Program-made: the position numbers and the translations under genes
Shown: positions 1-8,567 of the stretch, one piece after another
Numbering within the stretch: position 1 is the first letter of the stretch
How the letters are laid out: every line of letters starts with the position of its first letter
The notes under the pieces: generated by a model
What the model was told of the DNA's origin: nothing
Seen by the model: only the letters and a program-made list of their open reading frames with translations
Databases searched by the model: none
Source of the DNA: Acaryochloris marina S15
GTDB lineage: Bacteria; Cyanobacteriota; Cyanobacteriia; Thermosynechococcales; Thermosynechococcaceae
Assembly: GCF_018336915.1 (NCBI RefSeq)
Contig: NZ_CP064923.1
Location: forward strand, 5,010,001-5,042,000
Direction: 5' to 3'
DNA length: 32,000 bases

Positions 1-391
1 CATCACCGTTCCAATACACCTGATCAAAAATCTGGTGGAGAATGTATAAACCTCGTCCACATTCGCAGCCTGCATCAGGAATATTTTGTGGGGGCGGGGG
101 CATCTTGCACTGATCCGGAGGAGTAAACCCTGCACCTTGATCAGAAATAATCCACCAACCCTGAGAACGGCTGATTGAAAAATGCACAAAGATGGTCTTG
201 TAAGGATCCAACTTGTTACCATGCTTCGCCGCGTTAACTAACGCCTCTTGCAGGCCTAACCTGAGTTCTGCCTCTTCGGCAACAGGAATATCCGCAAGGA
301 GGCAGTCTAAGATTGGACAAAGATATAGAGTTGATGCGAAGCTGACTTGCTGCCATCGATGGGCACTGGGCGGAAGCGAAGAAGCAATCAC
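1..391 (-). CDS. Anti-sigma regulatory factor-like Ser kinase (HATPase_c fold). Only the N-terminal part is present; the gene runs off the left edge
   Basis: Absent from the ORF track because it is open to the window edge. My minus-strand translation from GTG at 389-391 reads VIASSLPPSAHRWQQVSFASTLYLCPILDCLLADIPVAEEAELRLGLQEALVNAAKHGNKLDPYKTIFVHFSISRSQGWWIISDQGAGFTPP...GRGLYILHQIFDQVYWNGD. It carries the N-box (EALVNAAKHGN), G1 (DQGAGF) and G2 (GRGLY) motifs of RsbW/SpoIIAB-type kinases. The start codon is uncertain. Confidence 0.6.
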   Translation of the reverse strand, partial: MIASSLPPSAHRWQQVSFASTLYLCPILDCLLADIPVAEEAELRLGLQEALVNAAKHGNKLDPYKTIFVHFSISRSQGWWIISDQGAGFTPPDQCKMPPPPQNIPDAGCECGRGLYILHQIFDQVYWNGD

Positions 392-550
392 TCAATTAAT
401 CCCATAGCTATGTTCTAGATTGTCTAATGGGGGATACGCCACTGCACAAATTAGATAGATTGAAAAATCGGATTAATGAAGTTAAAAAGCTGCTAATTAA
501 TTATTTAGAGATATCTCACCTACTACTAATATAGCTAATAGCCTTAGGAT

Positions 551-751
551 TTACAATATCCGGCCGCTACTACCCCAGCAAGAAATCCAGTGAGAACAAG
601 CATCCCAGCCCAGCTGAAGCGTACTAATCGGGGCTGGCAACATCTCCCCCCGAGAATCTAGCACCTGGACCAATACCAGATAGCCAATTCCTAACAGCAG
701 TGCGATCGCACCGGTAATAACGGCAGTCCACTGGGAGCGATCAAAAGACAT
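551..751 (-). CDS. Small hypothetical membrane protein (66 aa, one predicted TM helix)
   Basis: ATG ORF 75 bp downstream of the MlaD-like gene on the same strand. Hydrophobic segment WTAVITGAIALLLGIGYLVLVQVL. No family recognised; it may be non-coding. Confidence 0.35.
   Translation of the reverse strand: MSFDRSQWTAVITGAIALLLGIGYLVLVQVLDSRGEMLPAPISTLQLGWDACSHWISCWGSSGRIL
702..709. repeat. HIP1 (GCGATCGC) octamer, one of 14 perfect copies in the window
   Basis: Perfect copies start at 702, 7152, 10051, 11389, 16331, 18036, 18549, 18651, 18753, 19758, 19962, 26146, 28309 and 31161. Random expectation for a palindromic 8-mer in 32 kb is about 0.5. Confidence 0.9.
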
Positions 752-826
752 AGAAATAGGTTGCCTGCAACTGAGAGGAATCGTTTACCCCCTTCACCGT
801 AACATTCGCAGGCTGGCAGGAAACAG

Positions 827-2038
827 TCAATTCTGAGGGAGCGTCGATTGAGGTTCCGATCGAGGAAAAGCAGACGTGAGCGGAGCCTTCTGAGACCCTT
901 GCATTTGTTGTTCCAAGTCCTGGCTAGAAGATAGCAGCTTGCCCAACCCGTTAATTAAGCGAATTAAATTTTGCCTCACCTCTTCATTGCCGGTAATGTC
1001 TTTAAGATCCGAGGTGATTTGGCTGGCATTATCCAAAGTCTCTCGAGCCGATTTCAATGTTTGGCGCAACTCCGACACAGTGGCAGGATTATTCACATCC
1101 GTCGTCAAAAGTTTGAGAGTTTCAGAGGCTTGAGCACCATTAGCCGCCAAGGTTTCTAGGTTATCTAACAGCTTGCCTTGTTCAACCCGGCTGAGCAAAG
1201 GACTCAAACGAGTCACCACAACCTTCAGCTCTTGGCTCGTCTCTTGCAAGTTCTGCAGGGAGGTAACTAAGGTGCCTTTATTCCCCTTCACCAGGGTATT
1301 CACTTCACCCCCTAATTGATTGAATTGTTGCGCTGCTGCCGTCACCGATTCAGCAGCAACACCAAACTGTCGCAGCTGTTTACGGGTATCCAAACTGAGC
1401 TGGGTCACACTGCGGGCAGCACGAGACACATCCGTTAGGGCAACCTTCGTATCTTTACTGAGTTGGCTAATATCTTTGGACGCCTGAGATAAATTATTGA
1501 GGGTAGCCTTTAAATCTGTACCTCCTAATTGCGTCGCGATTTGCATCGTGGCACGAATGAGTTCCTCCAAGTTATTACCGGAATCCCCTGTCAGACGATC
1601 CCCTTGACATAGAATCATTCGAGGATCACAGTCTGGCTCAAATGGACTTAAATCTTCTAAAGAGGCATCACTGAACTCAACTTCAATCGGTCGAAACTCT
1701 AAGGCAGCCTGTCCCACAAACCCTGACTGGCTCGTCTCAACTTTTGTTTGTCGAGGAATCAATACGGTACTAGACGTGATTTCTACTTCAACCACCACCC
1801 GATTTGCCTGGGGCCGCATTCGCGTAATATGCCCTACCTTTACCCCTCTAAACTTAGCCGGACTACCAATGCTTAACCCTAAAGCATCCGCTAACTCCAC
1901 TTGCAAAGTGTAAGCTTTACCGCCAAAGTTAAAACCACGCACCCAAAAAATTAAACTCGTTACGAGCCCTAGGCCAAAGATTACTAGCAATCCCACTGTC
2001 CCTTCTCGTACCGCTCGCGTTCTCATACTGCCCCTCAT
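827..2038 (-). CDS. mlaD: MlaD/MCE-domain substrate-binding protein (TGD2-like) with a long helical C-terminal extension
   Basis: N-terminal TM anchor (VGLLVIFGLGLVTSLIFWV) followed by an MCE-domain pattern (YTLQVELADALGLSIGSPAKFRGVKVGHITRMRP...VVVEVEI). It lies 37 bp downstream of the MlaF-like ATPase on the same strand. An alternative ATG is at 2026. Confidence 0.8.
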   Translation of the reverse strand: MRGSMRTRAVREGTVGLLVIFGLGLVTSLIFWVRGFNFGGKAYTLQVELADALGLSIGSPAKFRGVKVGHITRMRPQANRVVVEVEITSSTVLIPRQTKVETSQSGFVGQAALEFRPIEVEFSDASLEDLSPFEPDCDPRMILCQGDRLTGDSGNNLEELIRATMQIATQLGGTDLKATLNNLSQASKDISQLSKDTKVALTDVSRAARSVTQLSLDTRKQLRQFGVAAESVTAAAQQFNQLGGEVNTLVKGNKGTLVTSLQNLQETSQELKVVVTRLSPLLSRVEQGKLLDNLETLAANGAQASETLKLLTTDVNNPATVSELRQTLKSARETLDNASQITSDLKDITGNEEVRQNLIRLINGLGKLLSSSQDLEQQMQGSQKAPLTSAFPRSEPQSTLPQN

Positions 2039-2075
2039 CGGTGACGTTAGCTAACTATTATTCGGTGTTCTCGTG

Positions 2076-2864
2076 CTACAAGTAATCTCCCACCAAGTCC
2101 ATGGGGCCTTGCACACTTCCACTCATAAATTGCTGTAGATAGGGATTATCCGACGTCTCGATTTCATCCCAAATCCCTTGCCATTGCACTTGACCTTGAT
2201 AAAGCAGTACCAATCGTTTGCCATTACGGCGAATCGTACTGTTTTGATGGGTAACAATGGCATAGGTCTCACAGCCAGAAGAGCGTTGTAGTTCTAAGAT
2301 CAAATCTTCGATCATGGTAGAAGCAATGGGATCGAGGCCTGCCGTGGGTTCATCGTAGAGCAAAATTTTAGGATCATCTAAGTCATCATCTGGATTATCC
2401 AAAATAGCTCTGGCAAAACTCACCCGTTTCCGCATACCTCCAGACAATTCTGCAGGATAGAGGTGCCCAATACCAGGTAAACCCACCACCTCTAATTTTT
2501 TATCGACTAAATCTCGAATACGTTGCCTCGGCAAAGCAGAATTCTGGTACAGGAAAAACCCCACATTCTCTTCAACCGTCAGGGAGTCAAACAACGCTGC
2601 CTGCTGGAACACCATACTCATACGAATAGGGTTATCGAAATTATCTAAAGACCCACAGCGGCGTTTTCCATTGATATAGACTTCTCCTTTATCAGGCGCA
2701 AGCAAACCCGCAATGATTCTGAGAATCGTTGATTTGCCAGTCCCTGAAGGACCTAAAATCGCCAGTGCATCACCTGGATAAACCGTGAGGTCCGCCCCAT
2801 TCAACACCACATGTTTACCAAAGGCTTTAGAAATTCCTTTGAGTTCAATTAAGGGCTCAGCCAT
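2076..2864 (-). CDS. mlaF: ABC transporter ATP-binding protein, MlaF/TGD3-like
   Basis: Walker A GPSGTGKST, ABC signature LSGGMRKRVSFARA, Walker B ILLYDEPTAGLD. The track ORF starts at 2888; I prefer the second Met (MAEPLIELKGISKAF) at 2864. Confidence 0.85.
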   Translation of the reverse strand: MAEPLIELKGISKAFGKHVVLNGADLTVYPGDALAILGPSGTGKSTILRIIAGLLAPDKGEVYINGKRRCGSLDNFDNPIRMSMVFQQAALFDSLTVEENVGFFLYQNSALPRQRIRDLVDKKLEVVGLPGIGHLYPAELSGGMRKRVSFARAILDNPDDDLDDPKILLYDEPTAGLDPIASTMIEDLILELQRSSGCETYAIVTHQNSTIRRNGKRLVLLYQGQVQWQGIWDEIETSDNPYLQQFMSGSVQGPMDLVGDYL

Positions 2865-3087
2865 AAAAAAACAATCAGAGATGCCCAAAGAAACTGCGTC
2901 TTGAAGCTATTACCACTGTAATCTACCTTCCTTACCGTAGCCTAGGGAGAAGCTTAAAGAGAGATGAAAAGTGATTTATAGGGGAATGCTAGCAAAGTTT
3001 CACATATTGACCGAGTGCTAAGCGCTGAATTCAAGGCTCTATGCCTGAAACCTGAATGAAAAATATAAAAATAGGGCAAAATAGACT

Positions 3088-3103
3088 TGTGATCTATATT
3101 ACA
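3088..3103. promoter_or_regulatory. CRP/NtcA-family-like palindromic site TGTGA-N6-TTACA (also reads GTG-N8-TAC)
   Basis: The sequence tgtgatctatattaca sits in the divergent mlaF/pentapeptide intergenic region. TAATTT (TAN3T-type -10) starts 20 nt downstream, at 3123. This is motif resemblance only. Confidence 0.25.
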
Positions 3104-3271
3104 TAGAGATACTAGCTAAACCTAATTTAGAGGTTTTAAAAGGATAGTTAGTATTGAGGTAAAACTATTTTGAAGACTGTGGTTCACCGGGGGATGACAA
3201 CGAGTCAATCCACAGACTCAAAATATAGAGGTTAAAGACACTGATGACTATTCATTTGCTTATCCCCCGCT

Positions 3272-4804
3272 ATGGCCAATACTAACCATGTCCGTATGAT
3301 TAAACGTGGTGTTAATCATTGGAACCAGTGGCGTAAACAAAATCCTAGGGTCAAACCAGATTTGAGTGGTGTAGACCTGAGTGAACAGGATTTAAAAGAC
3401 ATTAATTTAATCAATGCTAATTTGAGTCGGGCTAATCTCAGCTTGGCCAATCTCAGTGGTGCTTTTTTAGCCGGTAGTGATCTAAGTGATGCCTTCTTGA
3501 GCGAGGCCAATCTCAGTCGAGTTAATTTCAGCCGAGCAGATTTAACGAAAGCAGATTTGAGTTTTGCCCGGTTACAGGGGGCAACGCTGATTGAAGCAAC
3601 CCTGTACCAAGCCATTCTCATTGAGGCTTGTATGGTACAGGTTATCTTTCCCTACGCCGATTTAAGACAGGTGAATCTGAGTAAAGCAGACTTATCAGAA
3701 GCCAATGGGATTAAGGCTAATTTGACCCAGGCTAAGCTGGATTCAGCCCAATTACAGCAGATCAATTTAAGTCGGGCTTTTATGAGTGAAGCCAGCTTAA
3801 AAGGCGCTAACTTAAAAGGCGCTAATTTGAGCAAAACAGACTTGAGTTTCTCTAACTTAAGCTCTGCCCTATTACGAGATGCCAATTTAAGTAAAAGTAT
3901 TGCGATTGAGGTGAATTTTAGAGGCGCTGATTTACGCAACACTAATCTCAAGAACGGACAATGTGTAAAAGCGAACTTTAGTCGAGTCGATGGTTGTGAA
4001 GTAGACCTGTCCTTTGCTAATTTAACAGGTGCCGATCTGAGTGAGGCCGATCTGCAACAAGCGTCACTCAAGGAAGCAAATCTACGGGACACCAACTTAA
4101 CTCGCTGCCGCCTGTTTGGTACCAATTTTTCCGCGGCTACCCTGACTGGGGTTTGCTTGGAAGATATAAGCCCTAATGCCACCACAACCTTAGTAGATGT
4201 TGTCTGTGACTATGCCTATCAACGCAACAATCAGCAGGAACGCATCCCCCAAACAGGTTGTTTTGAGCCCGGGGAAGTGAAATACTTTTTTACTGAAGCT
4301 CAAGCCACGCTTACCCTGGGGCTACCTAAGGATGTCCATTGGGCCGCGTTAACTTACAGTCTCCAATGGTTACAAACCCAACCAAGCTGCCAGCCCGTCA
4401 AAATTCAGCGGTTAGAACATAATCCAGATGGCACCATTCTGCTGCGATTGACTACCGCAGCAAGCATTGATAAAGAACGACTACAACTTGATCTTTGGCG
4501 AGTCTATGAAGAAACATACATGATGCTTGAGCCCGAGGATGGTCAGCCCTTGGCAAAGCCTTTACCCAGCATTGATCCGCAACAATATGGTCATCACGAA
4601 TCGATTAACCGCTTATTTGATTTCCTAACGCTGATGATGGAGGCTATCACCCCCAACGGAGCGGTGATTAATAACCATGACCTTACGGTCCCTAGCAATG
4701 GAACCAATATCAGTCATAGGCCAACATTCCAGGAACTCTCTGCCACTAATCCTCTACTGCAGGGAGAGATGGCGGATACCTTACAACAACCCCATACTCT
4801 CTAA
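3272..4804 (+). CDS. Pentapeptide-repeat protein (about 290 aa of A(D/N)LXX repeats plus a C-terminal domain of unknown function)
   Basis: Dozens of consecutive pentapeptide units (ANLSRANLSLANLSGAFLAGSDLSDAFLSEANLSRVNFSRADLTKADLSF...). The N-terminus (IKRGVNHWNQWRKQNP) is typical of cyanobacterial members. Confidence 0.9.
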   Translation: MANTNHVRMIKRGVNHWNQWRKQNPRVKPDLSGVDLSEQDLKDINLINANLSRANLSLANLSGAFLAGSDLSDAFLSEANLSRVNFSRADLTKADLSFARLQGATLIEATLYQAILIEACMVQVIFPYADLRQVNLSKADLSEANGIKANLTQAKLDSAQLQQINLSRAFMSEASLKGANLKGANLSKTDLSFSNLSSALLRDANLSKSIAIEVNFRGADLRNTNLKNGQCVKANFSRVDGCEVDLSFANLTGADLSEADLQQASLKEANLRDTNLTRCRLFGTNFSAATLTGVCLEDISPNATTTLVDVVCDYAYQRNNQQERIPQTGCFEPGEVKYFFTEAQATLTLGLPKDVHWAALTYSLQWLQTQPSCQPVKIQRLEHNPDGTILLRLTTAASIDKERLQLDLWRVYEETYMMLEPEDGQPLAKPLPSIDPQQYGHHESINRLFDFLTLMMEAITPNGAVINNHDLTVPSNGTNISHRPTFQELSATNPLLQGEMADTLQQPHTL

Positions 4805-5539
4805 TTCTTCTATCGCCTGTAGTCCTGTTGGATCTCCAAGCTTGAGTAAGGAACTCTTGGCATCCTCTTGAACACCCAGATCGCCATCACTGAGGGCTTT
4901 GATCATGGCTGCAATCGCTTGATCATAGAGATTGCCTGTTACCAGCACTTTGCTCAATTGTCCTAGAGACCAAGCACAGTTACTGCGGACGGGAGCCATG
5001 GATTCAGTTTGTAGGGCATGCATCACAGCAGGGATAGCAGCAGCAGCGACATCAGCATCGATTTCGGAGAGTTGTCCCAGAGAACTGGCAGCCCAGAGGC
5101 GAACAGCTGAGATGTCATTCTCAAGAGCATCCACTAAAGGGGCAAGGACTCGCTGATCTCGACAATTGCCTAAAGCCCACACAACCCCTTTACGAACATA
5201 GCCATTCCAATCTTGATTGAATTGATGGATCAGGGGAAGAACAGCTGTATCACTAGGGTTTCGCCCCAAAGCGTAAGCTGCACTGACCCGAACTAGAGGA
5301 CAGGCATCAGCTAACAATTGAATCAAATAAGGAATTGCTCTACAGTCTTGCAACTCACAAAATGCTCTCGCTGCGATCATGCGTTGCGTCACATCAGGCG
5401 ATGCTAAGAATTGCAGCATCTCTTCGACATCTGGCTTTGCCGCTTCTGCCGCAGGATCATCGACTGCGGCCATGTGATCCAGCGGACTTTCTAAATTGTC
5501 CTCGTTGTCTAGGAGGCTGAGGTCTTCTTCGTTATACAT
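4781..5539 (-). CDS. HEAT-repeat (PBS-lyase-type HEAT) protein
   Basis: Repeated units of the type AIPYLIQLLADACPLVRVSAAYALGR, LAPLVDALENDISAVRLWAASSLGQ and AIPAVMHALQTESMAPVRSNCAWSLGQ. The track ORF begins at 5644; I prefer the ATG at 5539 (MYNEEDLSLL). Its 3' end overlaps the pentapeptide gene by 24 nt. Confidence 0.75.
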   Translation of the reverse strand: MYNEEDLSLLDNEDNLESPLDHMAAVDDPAAEAAKPDVEEMLQFLASPDVTQRMIAARAFCELQDCRAIPYLIQLLADACPLVRVSAAYALGRNPSDTAVLPLIHQFNQDWNGYVRKGVVWALGNCRDQRVLAPLVDALENDISAVRLWAASSLGQLSEIDADVAAAAIPAVMHALQTESMAPVRSNCAWSLGQLSKVLVTGNLYDQAIAAMIKALSDGDLGVQEDAKSSLLKLGDPTGLQAIEELESMGLL

Positions 5540-5666
5540 AACTGTAACTGTACAACACTGATATACCCCTGTTTTAGACAAAACTGGGATTGATTGCAGG
5601 ACAAGATTAAAGTCATAGTCTAATCGTCTAGACTGATAAGGCAAAACTGAAGCTTAAGAGGACACC

Positions 5667-7469
5667 ATGCGGCTATCTCAAATGCTGTTTGTGACGCTGC
5701 GAGAAGACCCAGCGGAAGCAGAAATCCCCAGCCATAAATTACTCTTGCGGGCCGGGTATATTCGCCGAATAGGCAGTGGGATTTATGCCTATTTACCGTT
5801 GATGTGGCGCGTGTTGCAAAAGGTGTCTCAGATTGTCCGGGAGGAAATGGATGCGACTGGGGCTCAAGAATGTTTGTTGCCTCAGATCCAACCCGCTGAG
5901 CTATGGCAAGAATCAGGTCGATGGGAGACGTATACGCAAGCAGAAGGAATCATGTTTGCCTTCCAGGATCGCCAGGACCGGGAGTTGGGGTTAGGACCAA
6001 CCCACGAAGAGGTGATTACTGCGGTCGCTAGAGATATGATTCGATCCTACCGTCAGTTACCTTTAAACCTTTATCAAATTCAAACCAAATTCCGCGATGA
6101 GATTCGCCCTCGGTTTGGCCTGATGCGGGGACGGGAGTTCATTATGAAGGATGCATATTCCTTCTCGACGGACGAGGCCGATCTCAAAGCTATTTACAGT
6201 AAGATGCATGACGCTTATTGCAATATCCTACGGCGATCTGGCTTAGCTTATCGGGCCGTAGATGCAGATTCTGGAGCCATTGGCGGCTCTGGATCCCAAG
6301 AGTTTATGGTATTGGCTGAAGCTGGAGAAGATGAGGTTCTCTACACGGAAGATGGCAATTATGCCGCCAATGTCGAGAAAGCAAGTTCTCTGCCCACAGA
6401 TGCTCAGCCTTCTCCATTTAAAACCTTTGAAAAACGAGAAACACCCGGAACCGATACCATTATCAAACTCTGTGAGTGCTTACAATGTTCTTCCACTCAG
6501 GTGGTGAAAACAGTTCTTTATGAAGCGGTGTACGACAACGGTCAGACGATCTTGGCTTTAGTGAGCCTTCGCGGCGACCAGGCGGTCAATGAAGTAAAGT
6601 TGCAAAATGAGATGGTCAAATTAGGGGAATTGGTGAAAGGCAAAGCCTTAATTGCTTTGAATGTTGCGGAAGGAGCGACCAAATGGGCTAGCCAACCGCT
6701 ACCTCTAGGCTATATCGCTCCTGATTTAGCAGATAGCTATATTCAAAAATCCAAACAGGTGCATGGTAAGTTTGTCCGCTTAGTGGACCAAACTGCTGTA
6801 GAACTCAAGGATTTCGTTACGGGTGCCAATGAAATTGGGTTCCACACCGTCGGGAGCAACTGGAAAACTGATATTCCTTTACCGGAACAGGTGGTAGACA
6901 TCCGCACTGCTCAGGTGGGAGATCGAGCCGTACATGATGCTAAACAAACCCTGCAAACAGCTCGTGGCATTGAAATTGGTCATATTTTCCAGTTAGGTAC
7001 CAAGTATTCCCAAGCATTAGGCGCAACCTATACCAATGAAGCAGGTAAAGAACAGCCGTTAGTGATGGGCTGCTATGGTGTCGGAGTTTCTCGCCTGGCC
7101 CAAGCAGCAGTGGAACAGTCCTATGACAAAGATGGGATTGTCTGGCCGGTTGCGATCGCACCGTATCACGCCATCATTATTATTCCCAATGGCAAAGATA
7201 GCGACCAGGTTGAAGCTGCTGAGAAACTCTACAGCGAGCTCAATGCCGCAGGCATAGAAGCCTTGCTAGACGATCGGACTGAACGAGCGGGTGTTAAATT
7301 CAAAGATGCCGATTTAATCGGCATTCCCTATCGAATTGTGACGGGACGATCCTTGAAAGAAGGCAAAGTTGAGATAGTTGAACGAGCCACCCATGACGCG
7401 CATCAAATCCCGTTAGATCAAGTTTTACCCACCCTTAAAGAATATTTAGCGAAAGCCATTTCTACTTAA
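5667..7469 (+). CDS. proS: Prolyl-tRNA synthetase (bacterial type, with insertion/editing domain)
   Basis: 600 aa. N-terminus [49 protein letters not shown], class II motif 2 region [25 protein letters not shown], and a C-terminal anticodon-binding domain. Confidence 0.95.
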   Translation: MRLSQMLFVTLREDPAEAEIPSHKLLLRAGYIRRIGSGIYAYLPLMWRVLQKVSQIVREEMDATGAQECLLPQIQPAELWQESGRWETYTQAEGIMFAFQDRQDRELGLGPTHEEVITAVARDMIRSYRQLPLNLYQIQTKFRDEIRPRFGLMRGREFIMKDAYSFSTDEADLKAIYSKMHDAYCNILRRSGLAYRAVDADSGAIGGSGSQEFMVLAEAGEDEVLYTEDGNYAANVEKASSLPTDAQPSPFKTFEKRETPGTDTIIKLCECLQCSSTQVVKTVLYEAVYDNGQTILALVSLRGDQAVNEVKLQNEMVKLGELVKGKALIALNVAEGATKWASQPLPLGYIAPDLADSYIQKSKQVHGKFVRLVDQTAVELKDFVTGANEIGFHTVGSNWKTDIPLPEQVVDIRTAQVGDRAVHDAKQTLQTARGIEIGHIFQLGTKYSQALGATYTNEAGKEQPLVMGCYGVGVSRLAQAAVEQSYDKDGIVWPVAIAPYHAIIIIPNGKDSDQVEAAEKLYSELNAAGIEALLDDRTERAGVKFKDADLIGIPYRIVTGRSLKEGKVEIVERATHDAHQIPLDQVLPTLKEYLAKAIST

Positions 7470-7771
7470 GGATTCTGTCCTGATTAGCCCCTACTAGAAG
7501 TCCCAACCTTTGGAACTTCATCATCTGTAAATCCGTCATTATATGGGCTAATTCTGGGACAATAGTTTTGACATTTGCTGTTATCTAAACTCAAGAGCAG
7601 TTATACCAGTTTCTTTAATCGAATAACGTGAGTTAAGGGGTACTATACGGTGTCATTTTGCTAGAGTGTCCACCGGCAAACCCAGATTAAATTCCTTGAG
7701 TTAGGCTAGACTTGATGGCCCCCTGTTCTCCCGAACTAGATCGATGTATTCATAGAGGATGAAGTCCAAAA

Positions 7772-8377
7772 ATGGCACAACTACGGTACCAAAGTAGGCG
7801 GTTCTGGGGAGGGCTGGTTGGCATCACCTTAGTGTTGGGAGGGTTTGGCTGCCAGCCACAACAGACATCAACAGAAACGAGTCCCTCGCCTACGGTTTCT
7901 CCTCAACCGGAACAAACCGATCCTGAACCTGCTGTTGCCAAACCTGAACTGGCGGTTTATTGGATTGCCTATAAAGATCAAGAGCAACTGGTATTAGAAC
8001 CCACCAAGCTACCACTAGATAATTTAGAGAACGCCACGTCTGAGGAACAACTGACCGCCGCTTTCAAACGGCTGTTGGAGGGACCGGCAAATGCCGACAA
8101 AACTAATGCGATTCCTGAAAAGACTCAGCTGAATAGCCTGAAATTAAAAGATGATGGTGTTCGCATTGATTTGTCTAGGGAATTCACCACCGGCGGTGGG
8201 ACCAAATCGATGCAGGCTCGCCTAGGCCAGATTGTCTACACCGCCAGTAGTCTTGATCCAAAGGAAGCCATTTGGATCTCCATTGATGGAGAGCCCTTAG
8301 AGGTTTTATCCGGTGATGGACTCATCGTTTCACAACCGATGACCCGCAAGGAATTTGAAGACAATTTTTCTCTTTAA
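7772..8377 (+). CDS. GerMN-domain lipoprotein-like protein
   Basis: Signal or lipobox-like N-terminus (LVGITLVLGGFGC), a Pro/Thr/Gln linker, then a GerMN-like pattern (LLEGPANADKTNAIPEKTQLNSLKLKDDGVRIDLSREFTTGGGTKSMQARLGQIVYTA). Confidence 0.55.
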   Translation: MAQLRYQSRRFWGGLVGITLVLGGFGCQPQQTSTETSPSPTVSPQPEQTDPEPAVAKPELAVYWIAYKDQEQLVLEPTKLPLDNLENATSEEQLTAAFKRLLEGPANADKTNAIPEKTQLNSLKLKDDGVRIDLSREFTTGGGTKSMQARLGQIVYTASSLDPKEAIWISIDGEPLEVLSGDGLIVSQPMTRKEFEDNFSL

Positions 8378-8567
8378 ACAAATCGGTCTTTAGCTGACAT
8401 CCATGAGTTTATCGGGCCTCTGGGAATCCTATATATAAGCGCTTGGTCTGGGTCTAGATGACTTGACCTTGGGTGAGCAGCATTCTCTACCGTGGGATCA
8501 GTTTACGGATCACTCTTGTGCCGCTCATAATAACGATATCCCCATTCTCCATTCCAGAACCAAGTCT

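Noticed and set aside
427-534. A 35-codon ORF (MGDTPLHKLDRLKNRINEVKKLLINYLEISHLLLI) with an amphipathic-helix look, in the AT-rich spacer
   Set aside because: It has no Shine-Dalgarno and sits in a short divergent promoter/terminator spacer. An open frame of this length is only marginally unusual and it resembles no family. Not reported as a gene, though ribosome profiling could revisit it.
939-1159. Two 62-64 aa plus-strand ORFs inside the mlaD-like gene
   Set aside because: They are antisense shadows within the helical C-terminal region of a well-supported gene, and they overlap each other.
3316-4185. Two long minus-strand ORFs (101 and 177 aa) antisense to the pentapeptide-repeat gene
   Set aside because: They lie wholly inside the repeat region. 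Their translations are monotonous L/K/A/S/R strings with the same 15-nt periodicity (…LAKLRLARLKLALIKL…), as expected when a codon-biased 5-aa repeat leaves the antisense frame free of stops. The sense-strand product is a clear family member.
5540-5644. A 35-codon N-terminal extension of the HEAT-repeat ORF that reaches to 22 bp from proS
   Set aside because: The extension (MPYQSRRLDYDFNLVLQSIPVLSKTGVYQCCTVTV) would eliminate the divergent promoter region. The downstream ATG at 5539 gives a sensible acidic N-terminus and a 127-bp spacer.
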